In this document: positions 1 through 10,857 of the stretch, one piece after another
Numbering within the stretch: the first letter of the stretch is position 1
Layout: every line of letters begins with the position of its first letter
NCBI GenBank assembly: GCA_001687465.1
Contig: LVLI01000950.1
Span: forward strand, 1 to 42,273
Length of the DNA stretch: 42,273 nt
Direction of reading: 5' to 3'
Origin: Halocafeteria seosinensis
Lineage: Eukaryota
Notes under the pieces: generated by a model
Database searches by the model: none
Seen by the model: only the letters and a program-made list of their open reading frames with translations
What the model was told of the DNA's origin: nothing
Program-made: the position numbers and the translations under genes

Positions 1-3000
1 ACATTGCAGCTTGCTTGTCCCTTTTTGTCTTGAGAGGTACCCAATTCACAATCAGAGCAACCACTTGCACCATCCGTTGCAGAGATTTTGCCCGCTGAGC
101 ACTCTTTGCACTCCGTACTCCCCATCGAAGAGGTGTATCGGCCAGCGGAACAGGTTGTACACATCGATTGGCCCTCACTTCCTTGAGCAGTACCTGCTGG
201 GCACTGTGTGCATGAACTGGACTTGCTACTACCCGCTACAGTTCCTGCTGCGCAAGCCACACAAGCTGTGCTACCGGCTGTTCCAGCATAGAAACCAGCA
301 GAACAAGAGGAGCAACTGGACTGGCCAGTTTGACTTTGGGCAGTTCCCGCCGGACAAGCTTCACATTTAGTCTCTCCCGACGAAGCACTGAAGGTCCCTG
401 CATCACATGCACGACAGGAAGCGCTTCCTGCATTGGCCGTATAGAGCCCAGCGGCGCAATTGGGACAGCTTGATTGGCCTTCCTTGTCCTGCGCTTTGCC
501 AGCGGGACACTCCTCGCACGTTGTTTTCCCTTCAGTAGTCGAAATCCTTCCGGCAGAACAGGCAACACATTCGTTACTCCCTGCTGAGGAAGAATAAAAG
601 CCAGCAGAGCAAACACTACAAACCGTTTGTGCTGTTGCTCCTTGGGCAGTTCCAGCGGGACATTCCGTGCACTGGGTTGCTCCATCGCTGGTGGATATCG
701 TTCCGGACTCACAGGCGACGCAACTCGTACTACCGGGAGAAGAGGAATAGTAACCGGCCGAGCACGAACTACAACTAGATGCCCCCGTCTGCCCCTGAAA
801 TGTACCAGCTGAGCAAGCACTGCAGCTTGTTAAACCCTCAGACTCGGCGATAGTTCCCGCGCTGCACACAGAGCAGCTAGAGGAGGAAGTTGCCCCCTCT
901 TCGGTACCCACCTTACCTTTCGAACAAGCCTTACAAGTGGAAGATCCAGGAGTGTCAGCATATCGGCCTTTGGAGCACGCTGCGCAGCCACCGTTCATAT
1001 TCGAACTTCTATACTGTCCAGTGCTGCAAGGTTTGCAGTCACTGCTACCGGCATCGGCCCATTGACCTGCAGGGCAAGGTGCACAAGTACTATCTGAAGT
1101 AGCGCCAAGGGCAGATGAACTAGTCCCTGCTGGACAAGTCTTGCAATTCGTGGAAGCAAAATTGTCGTTGTACGTTCCCTTTCCACACTGTTGGCATCCA
1201 GAAGAAGCCTGATATTGTCCACGGCTGCACGCGATGCATCGTGTGTTAGCATGATCACTCCACCATCCGGACGGACAAGCTTGGCAATCATTCTCCGACG
1301 TTGCACCCGTCTTGGATCCTTTTGTTCCGGCTGGACAAGACCGACAGCTACTTTCTGATGTTGATTCTGTGGATGGGTTGTACTTTCCAATTACACATAG
1401 AGTACAACTGGTTTCTCCAGCTCCTGCATATGTTCCTTTCCCACAACTAACGCATCCCTCTTCTGTTTGTTTCTTCCCGGCCGGACACTTCTGACAAGAG
1501 GTCCGACTAGATCCGGAGGTCCACTGTCCTACCGGACATGACGAGCATGTGCTAGAGGAAGTAGCCCCTTCTGCTTGACTGATAGACCCACTAGGGCATG
1601 AAGTACAGGCATCGGCTTCAGTAGTTTTCCCTGCACCGGTTCCATACTTGCCAGCACCACAGACAGCACACGTGGAGGCTCCCGAAGAAGTTGAATACTT
1701 TCCAGTAGGGCACTGTTGGCATCCTTGAGTGTCTTCAGACGAGAACCGTCCAGGTGTACAGGTAATACATTTGGTGTTATCGCTGTTACTCCACTCTCCC
1801 GTCCCGCACTCTGTACACGAGTCGATTGAGGTGGCTCCGCTAGATGCCGAGACTCTTCCGGCCGGGCAAGCTGTACAGCCATCATTTTCACTAGTCTTCC
1901 CGGATCCACGTCCATACTTTCCAGCTCGACAACGTGTGCAAGAGGTAGCGTCGCTGTTGGACCATGTTCCCGACGGGCATGCCTTGCAACCAGTCGAGGT
2001 CTGATATTTTCCAGCTGCGCATGATACACATTGTCTGTTGTTGGTATCGTTCCATGTGCCGGCAGGACATGAGCTACATGATCCTTCACCACTTTGCCCC
2101 TCCTTTGGATTAACTTTTCCAGCGGCACATCGTGTGCATGCCGATGTTTCACTGCTTCTATCCGTCCCACTTCCGTAGCGTCCAACACCACAGGCACTGC
2201 ACTCTGAGGCACCGGTAGCCGAATAGAATCCCGACTCACAGGAGGTGCACTCGGTTTCTTCAGAATTCCGTTTCCTCCCCGGAATACAGTTAATACACTG
2301 GGTTTTTTCTATATTGCTCGAGGATCCAGGGCCACACTTTGCACATGAAGTATCGCGGGTATGGGCATTGGGCTTAATTTGATTAGAGGGACATACAACG
2401 CACTGTTTCTTTTCTACGTCGTACCAGGTACCTGCATTGCAGCGTTGCGGTACACAGAAGGAGCTACCGGAACTAGACTCACTCCCTGCAGGGCAATCGG
2501 TACATCTGGTAAGACGGTGGTTAGTGCTACTCTGATACTTCCCAGGAGAGCATGAGATACACTGTTCATAATAACTTCCATGGACGAATCTTTGTCCGCC
2601 AACACAATTCCCTGGAAGGTAACAGAACGTCCTCACTTGGTTCGGAAGCGATCCAGAAGGGCATTGACGACAGGTCGTTTTCCCAGTATCAGGCTGCACA
2701 TGGCCAGGGTCGCATTCGACACAACCAGGGGCAAGCCCGCGGGGTTTGACTGGAGAAAGGATTCGTTGCGAGTTGATGGACAGATCGATGGTCTCATTGA
2801 GTTCAATAAACTGGGTCACTAGCGGAAGAGGGAATCTGTCTAGGTGTTTGTAGATCTCACACGCCGGTAATTCTCCACGACGGCAGTCCTCCGCAAGTGC
2901 CAGTGTTGCGTCTTTAAGAGCGTCAGCCTCAAGTACGCTTCTGGAAAAAGACATGCCACGTTCTTGGCTACGTGTTGAAGCAGTGTCTTGAAGTAACAGC

Positions 3001-5336
3001 CTCCAACTTTCTTGTCGAAAACCAGCGGAGCAATAGCAGGTACTGGCTCCTGAACCAGAATCCGAATTTGCGGGACAGGAGGTACATGTAGTAGACCTAC
3101 TAGCACTGCTTCCATATTGCCCACTAGGACAACTCTGGCAAATCTCATAGTGCCCTACTTGGTTCAGCTTTTGTCCAGCAGAGCACCCGCTAACTTGACA
3201 AACGGTCTTTGCATTGTTGCTGACTGTTCCAGAAGGGCATTGGAGACAGCTCGCGCTAGTTGAGTCGGGTTGTACATGTCCGTTGGGACATAATTGGCAC
3301 GATGGACTGCCTGGTTGGGAGAACGTTCCAGAAGAGCATGATTTACAAGAAGAAGAAGATGAGCTTCCCGTTTCTTCGTTATAATATCCCTCGGGACATA
3401 GATTACATGCTTCGGCGACGCTACTTTTTCCCCTTCCACTCCCATAACGTCCGGTTGGACAGGCACCGCCACAGCTAGTTCCGGAATGAGTGCTGCTCTG
3501 GTACCTCCCAGATGGGCAGGAGACGCATGAGGAACCTATTTTGAACTGACCAGATGGACAACTATCCAAGAAGCAGTCCCCAATTCGTGCTGCACCTTGT
3601 CTACTTGTCTGCCCCTCCGGACATTGCCGGCATTCCCACAACTCAATAACTCCGTTTTCCACTCTGTAAGTATACCGGCCAGCAACGCATCCGTTCCTTT
3701 CACGAAGGCATCCCAGCCTATTGGAGCGGGGCGTCGTGCCGCTTGGGCAAGTACGACAATCGCCGAAGTTGTGCATATAACTGTTGCCACCACAAAAGCC
3801 AGGACATTGGCGAACAGCGGGCTGGGCGGGTTGGGTCTTACTGTTTGTATCCATCCTCCGAATAGCAGCTGCGGGGAATATCAACGAATCATATTAAGGA
3901 GATGGCACTATTACATGATGTGACATAGGTACTTACGTTCGGCGATGCATTGGTTGCACTTTTCAGATCCAGGCACTGAAAACTGATGGCTGGGGCATGC
4001 CTTGCATGTAGATGCGAGGACGTTATTGTACTGCCCTTCTGGACATTTGTAGCAGGTCCTTGCATTTGCTTCGGCAGATCTCCCACGAGGGCAACTTTGA
4101 CACGAGGATTGTCCATCGGAAGAAGTGAATTTCCCAACCGCGCACACATGACATCCCGTTGAGCCATATGAGTTCTGGTACTGACCGGCAGGACAGCTGG
4201 AGCAGGCAGTTTGCCCTGTCGAAGAAGAATAGTGGCCTGGTGAACACCATTGGCAAGAGTTTACCGACGTTCCTGCCAAACTTGAACCAAATTTGCCCAA
4301 TGGGCACAAGCGACAAGCATTAATGCTCGTTTGCCTGACAGAGGGGTTGTATCTACCCCTGGGGCAGCTGCTGCAGGCTGCTTGGCCTCCGGATTGCTGG
4401 TAATAACCAATTGGACAATACCTACAAGAGTTTATTGACGACCCCCTCCCATTGAGATAGGTCCCCGAGGGACAGTGCGAGCAATATCTGGATGCGGAGG
4501 AAGAGTAAGATCCATAGGGGCAAAGTGAGCAGGACGCAGTCCCACTTGAAGAGGCAAAAGTTCCCCACGGACAAGCCTTGCACCTGCGATAACGTGAGAG
4601 GTCCAAGCACTTCACAGTTAAATGGTACAAAAGCAAAGAATTCTTACCCCCTGTTCCCGTAGCCGGCTGCGTAGTATCCAGCATTACAAGTTGGGCAACT
4701 GGTTTGGTAATTCCTCGAATGCGCCCGACCCGCTGCACAACAGCTTGATCTCTAGTCTACCAAAGAAAGACAAAGCCCTTCACCGTTTAACTGCTTACGT
4801 TGGCAAAGCCTGCAGCTAGGATTTCCATAGCCAAAGGCGTATGTTCCCCATCCGCACGAAGAGCATCCTCTAGATCCTGAGTTAGAATACAGGCCAGGTC
4901 CACAAGTTCTGCATGCGTTGATGCGGTACTGGCGGGATGATGTTCCATATCTTCCTGCCGGACAGTTTGTGCATCCGCGAGCGTAAGAGTAGCTATTTGC
5001 AAATGTGCCGGCATTGCATGTGCTACAGCCAGTATTTGCATTACCACTGGAATAGAGGCCGTAGTTGCAGCTAGAGCAGTAGCAAGATCTTGATCTACTC
5101 GAGTAGTATCCTGCCACGCATCCTGCACAATATGAACCTGTTCCTCTGTAACCAGCGTTACATGTGTTGCATGAAGTTATGTAGCGGTATCGATAGCAGC
5201 GGCCCCACATTGACCAGGAGCAAACCCTCCTTGATATTTGTGCATATCCGCATCTGCATCTAGCTTCTGAATACGCCGCATTTGAAAGGAGTATGTAGGC
5301 ACACAAGAGGTACGTTAAGACACTGGCATTCTTCAT
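1..5336 (-). CDS. Large secreted cysteine-rich repeat protein (GCC2/GCC3, ephrin-receptor-like CxxCxxG repeats), 3'-partial, >1700 aa
   Basis: ATG at 5336 starts a signal-peptide-like MKNASVLTYLLCAYILLSNAAYSEA. Exons 5336-4799, 4732-4648, 4583-3937 and 3868-<1 are joined by phase-consistent GT-AG introns of 66, 64 and 68 nt. The last exon reads open where I translated it (1-320, 2240-3868) and has no stop-terminated ORF in that frame in the ORF track. Dozens of CxxCxxG(x)Y/F units. Confidence 0.9.
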
Positions 5337-6295
5337 TCTTTGCAAAGAGTCCTGCACACAAGGAGAAAGCAGGTAATAAAGTGTCAGAGTAGAAAAGCGG
5401 GTTATTGACAGCACCTCTTCTAAAACGGGGAAGGAACCATCAGTGCCTTCAGGGAATCAACAACTACTATGTGTACACGCAAGTATCAATCAATATAAAG
5501 AGGCAGGCTGGATGCGCTATTAGGAGCTAACGCTGCTAATGAACCGCCTTTGCCCCGCTACGTACACTGTCAACACACTTTCGACTCGTTTAATACGGAT
5601 AGTTAAGTTATTTAGAGATTACAAATTACGGGCGAGCAGCCCTTGTAAACTCGACAGCAACAAATCAATGCGATTACCACCTTGTTTTACCGTGGAATAT
5701 CTTCATAGAGTTTCGAATTGCGAACCTAGTATAAAATCGAAGACGTCGACGTCCTTCAAAGTTCAACATCGGCAAATTGTACTACCATTATAGGCTATAG
5801 CTCGTTTGGTTAAGCTGAACAATCTTCACTATAGCGTCCGCAGCATGTTCTGAGAGTGCAACATTTGTAGCCGTTGTGCCATCTTGGTCTTTGTAGCCCG
5901 TTGGCGCCAACGCTTGCCCCACATATATCCCGTCGTTTCTTGGCTGTTTGTTAGCTACATATTTGCTGTATTGGGGCACAACGACTGCAAAAGGGGGAAT
6001 ACAGACGAGTACTATCGACTGCGACGAGTGGAGGAAAGATGCGTGTCATATTCTAGGTCCCCAAGGAAATGGAGGGAGACCAAAAGTAAAAGATATTCCG
6101 TCCCAAAGTGACTAGGGAAACAAACCCATTAACAGCCTTGGACCAAAGTCAACCACCAAAGGGAGAAATTCACACATCTACCTACAGTCTGACTGTACGC
6201 ACCACACTCCATCAATGAACGATATTGCTTGAACAAGAATTCACCTGCCTTCATCAGAATCATGCTGTTCCCTGATATTCGGCAGCATAGTGAGC

Positions 6296-7094
6296 CTAAT
6301 CGAATCTCTTTATTTTCCATAGTCCGTCATCTAATCTATGAACTACTTCAACGCCAATGCCTTTGTTCTTTTCGCGGCTGTAGAATGTCATACTGGTTAC
6401 TAGGGACCTGCATTAGGCTGGCATTTCAAGGGACTTACATATCTTGGGTGCTCATGGTAGTCACCCCAATAGCTAACGGGAGTTTTTTTCCTTCCGCAAA
6501 GATTGCCTGACAAGTAATAGGGTCAATAAGCGTTTGAATCAGAAGCAGATAAAGGCAGCTGGGAACTTACTACGGGCGTACTCTCCGGAACATCTATGTC
6601 GCACTTGCCGCCCTTACTGGTTAAGCCGGGACACATAATATCCGCTCCCGAAAAGATGAATTTGATTGCTCCTTTATCAACTTGCAATGACGGCATGAAG
6701 AAAGGATCTGCGCCTCTAGTGAATGAATTGCACCATCAGCGCTCGAATCTAAGCACTGAGGATACAGACGTCTTACATTTATGTAACAATTTCAAAGTCG
6801 GAAAAACCGGTCCATCGCGATGCTGAAAGAACAAAGGCTCCCCTTCGACGACATAAATGCTCAGTTTATCCTTGCATCTTGCTTCTTGGAGTGTGCCTTT
6901 CGGAATGATATCGTCCAAGTACGGTTCCAGCGGCTCGTATTGGTCAGCCACCCTCCGCTTAATCCCACGTTGTGTAGACGACTTCACCTTGCTCTGCGCA
7001 GACACATCCTCCAAGTCGAACCTGCAGTAGAAGCCGGGAAAAGTCAACTCGTGATGCAGACCAACAGGAGGCGTTGGACTCACTTCCTGAACAT
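6296..7094 (-). CDS. MCTS1: Malignant T-cell amplified sequence 1 / Tma20 (pre-PUA + PUA domain ribosome recycling/reinitiation factor)
   Basis: Spliced translation [19 protein letters not shown]...[54 protein letters not shown]...|[49 protein letters not shown] matches MCT-1 motifs; 4 GT-AG introns; TAG at 6296-6298. Confidence 0.95.
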
Positions 7095-7734
7095 CGTTGT
7101 TCCTCTACTTCAACTTTCTTAATACTGCTCTCGTCGTGGCAAACTCATTCATTCAAGCTCTCGTTTACGTAACAATGCAGACGTGATGTATTGCATTTCT
7201 ATTGCATGCACTCTGGACTTCATTGAATGGGGATGCCCATAATTTATGCTGTCCGATCTGTCGACGTCGACGAAATGTTTGCTGTGTTGATTTGTTCGCA
7301 GTGGCACAGTGCACTTCGCACTTGCTGCAGCACCTCCTGCGTCTGGCCCGAGTTTGAAAGTGTGTGCACAGACGACAACAGGAAGAGCTCTAATTCAGTA
7401 CGATAGTGCTTTGGGAACAAGTACCTTGAATACGAGACAAACGCCAACATAATGGGTGAGACCCAGGCGGAAGATGACGCTGCTGGCGCAGCCAACAAGG
7501 TAGGTTATCTGTTTGATGCCAGTTTTTTTGCAGTCTCTGTGGAACAAGTTGAGGAGTACAAGAGCCTAACAAACAATAGCAAGTTCTATAATTGTGGCTG
7601 AATTGTATCCCCCTGCTGTACCAGGCATCCGCGAGTGGGGGGAGCCCTGGGGTCTTCACGGTTCCGGATCCTTTTTGTTGTTTCCTTGGTCCCCTTCGTG
7701 TTTTATTGAGCAAGCCCTTGCTCCTGTTTGCTTG

Positions 7735-10700
7735 ATGGATGTATGTGGGAAGAATGCTTTACTGAATTGAATACTTCTCTCTGTCAGAATTCGAGGCGAA
7801 AAGAGGAGCAGCAGTCCCTGCTGAAAGATATCTCCAACCGAGTGGAGGTGGAAGCCTTGCAAATGCAGCGTGCGGTGGTACGTAATGAAGCCTCATCGAC
7901 AGAATGCATGGTTTGCCTGATAAAGTTTATGCTCAACTTGTGCAGGATCAAAAAAGCCCCAAAGACGCACTGAAGTATGCCTCTGCGATGCTGGCCCAAC
8001 TCAAAACAGGCAAGCTTTCCCCGAAGACCTATTTTGAATTGTGTACGTGGAATCGAATGATACACTTTGACTTTGTGTAGGTGTCATCTTTTTCTAACTT
8101 TGAATGCGCGACAGACATGCAAGTGTTTGACCACTTGATGTTTCTAGAGTCGTTTTTCGAGGAGGTGCGTTGCTTGATCTGACTGAGGCTGTGGCTAGCC
8201 TTGTTCAGTTTCGTACTCACGAATTGCAGCTTCATGATGATGGCACGCCGGTTAGAGACTTGTATGAAATGGTTCAGCATGCCAGTAACGTGTTGACCAG
8301 GTTATATTTGATGATCACTGTGGGATCTGTATTCATCAAGGTAAGCTATGGTGGAACGCAATATCTGAAGAGCATGCAACTTGCTAATTTCGTCTTTGAT
8401 GCCTTGCAGTCGAAGGAACTCCCTGCTAAAGATGTTTTATACGACTTACTTGATATGGCAAAAGGTGTGCAGCATCCCACCCGTGGATTATTCCTACGGT
8501 ACTATCTTTTTCAGAAAACACAAGATAAACTTCCGGAAGCAAATTCCGAATACGAGGGAGCTGGCGGCTCCATTAAAGACGCCATACAGTTTGCTCTGGG
8601 AAACTTCATCGAAATGAATAAGCTGTGGGTGCGTATGCAAACCGCTACTTCGATTAAAAATCGGAAAAGAAGAGAAAAGGAGCGACGAGAACTAAGGACA
8701 ATTATCGGCACTGCAATTGATCGAATCGGTAATATTGAAGGCCTCCATTTATCCTCATATGAACAGCAGGTACTTCCTGAACTTCTTCGGCAAGTAGCGG
8801 CTTGCAATGACAAAATTGCCCAACAGTTTCTCATGGATTCAATTACCCAAGTGTTCCCAGTTTCTTTCCATGTCAAGACGCTAGATATGTACCTTCGAGG
8901 GATTCTCGACGTCCTACCTGACGTTGACGCTCGGTCTCTGCTCACTGGTCATCTGGAGCGTATATCGGAAGTCTGTAGCAAGCACTCGGTAAATGTCGAC
9001 TACGAGGCTGTAAAGGCGGAGCCTGGTAAGGAAAGGACAGCATCTACGACGTCTGAAGAAGATCCGAGTAGAGGAGGAATTGATGGAAAGGGTTTGAGAC
9101 AAAGCGGCAACTTTCAATCATGTTGTCCCGAAGCAATCCCTCTGGACTCAGACTGTTTCAATGCTTTTTACGTTTATGTGCAGCGTTTGATCGCTGATCG
9201 ATCCACGTCTGAGTACCCTCTCGAGCCAGTATCGATCATTCATATCTTTGAGGCTCTGACGTCCCTTGTCAAAGTTGCTTATAGTGGTAACGTGACGTAC
9301 ATTGAAGAAATTTTATCTATGTGTGCGCTTGCTCTCGAGTACAGCAAGAAGCCCGTAGAGGACGATTGTTGCAAAGCAGTAGAGCAGATGTTTATTTCCG
9401 TTTGTACTGCTGCCCCATTGAAGAAGATATTAAAGTTGGAGGGACTCGCGCGTTTGATGGGACGAGTCCATTTCTCGAGTCAGAAAAATATATCCAGGAG
9501 TATTCTCCGTTCAGCTTTGGGTGAAAATAAAGACGGCCCCGTGTCAATCTCTGCGCTGAAACTTGAGGAACCTGAAGAGGTGGATTATCTCTTTGGAAAT
9601 CTGTCTTCCATTAGCCAGGACGAACGCTCGCTCCCGGAAAACGCTGGTGCTGTCGCGTCCGCAGTTGTCGGACTTGCAGGTGATGTCAATGTGGTTAAGA
9701 CTGAAGCGTCTGAGACGCTAAAACTAGAAGACACCCAAAAGTTCGTTCAAGATCAGCGTAGTCTTAGCAGAGTTGTTCATCTCGTTATTGAGGAAGATGC
9801 GCATAGCGTAGAGGGATTGCAAAACACAGACAATGTGTTTCAAATTCTCAAGAATATCGGCAAGGCTCTGAGCTCCGGTGGCGAAGCCCGTATTGCGTTC
9901 ACCTACCCAGCGTTGATAACTCGTGTTTCGAAGCTAACTTACTCAATACTAAAAAGGGAAGAACATGGCTCAAAACAAGACACAGAAGAGGAGGACTTCG
10001 ATCAGCTAGGTGATACCGCCTCGAAGAGTAAAGAGAGCGGAGAGACTGGTGATAGCTCAAAACCGAAAATAACTAGCAAAAAGGCCTTTAAGTTCCTTTT
10101 CAAGCTCTGCGATGCTTTGAAAGAGTATAGAGAGCTTGCAATAAGGCTCTTGGGAGAAGTGGCGATTGTAGCTGCGGCAACCCGGTTTGCATATGAGTTT
10201 TTGTCGACGGCATTTACAGTTTATGAAGAGGTGGTTGAGAGTAAGGTGCAGAGGCGATGTATCGAAGCTCTTATCGGATACATCTACTCTTGCCGACAAA
10301 GGGGCATGCCAGATGAGACATACACTCAACTTGCTAGCGCTGCGAAGAAATATGCTACTGGACTGATGCAGCGTCAGGCTCAGTGCCAGCTCATGAGAAA
10401 ATGCGCCAACTTGTTTTATGTTCAACCGACGGCTGAGGAGTATCGCACAGACCGGTTCGGCTCCTATACAGCGAATGTGGGAACGTCTATAGAGAGTGGT
10501 GCCGAGCCGCTGTACCGCGATGATGATCAAGTGCTTAAATGTTTGCAACACTCTCTTCGCCTAGCGAACAAGTGTATACCTGTAAATAATTCCTTATTTG
10601 TTGAGATTTTTGATGCGTTTGTATATTTCTTTGAGCACGGGGTTCAATCAATTACTAACAGCCATTTAGAGAATTTTGTCACCCTCATTCAAGAGAACTT

Positions 10701-10857
10701 AGGAAAAATGGAGGATGAAAAAGAACGACGGGCAGTGGAACGACACTTTCATCGTGTTATGGATCACCTCAGGTCAAAGAAACAATCGGGAGACGCACCG
10801 TGCGCATCCCTAAACTTGGGGATGGAGGAAGACAGCATGCAGAGTAATACACGCTAG
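7735..10857 (+). CDS. VPS35: Vacuolar protein sorting 35 (retromer core subunit), divergent
   Basis: Motifs ALKYASAMLAQLKTGKLSPKTYFELY, LYEMVQHASNVLTRLYLMITVG, GVQHPTRGLFLRYYL, NFIEMNKLWVRMQ, VLKCLQHSLRLA. Probable first coding micro-exon ATG GAT (7735-7740), then intron 7741-7787. An in-frame intron at 8341-8409 is read through by the ORF track. The start is less certain than the body. Confidence 0.93.

Noticed and set aside
1..3900. Fragmented ORFs suggesting a pseudogene or stop-codon reassignment
   Set aside because: They are off-frame or antisense shadows. The Cys-rich frame is open and missing from the track only because its stop lies outside the window. TAA, TAG and TGA all act as normal stops in other genes here.
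5788..6213. Short minus-strand ORF (..GIYVGQALAPTGYKDQDG..) as a small gene
   Set aside because: It has an acceptor-like site, but I could not build a coherent start or exon chain and recognise no homology.
7452..7625. MGETQAEDDAAGAANK mini-ORF with a donor-like site as an upstream VPS35 exon
   Set aside because: No convincing in-frame join to VPS35; the ATG GAT micro-exon at 7735 is the simpler explanation.
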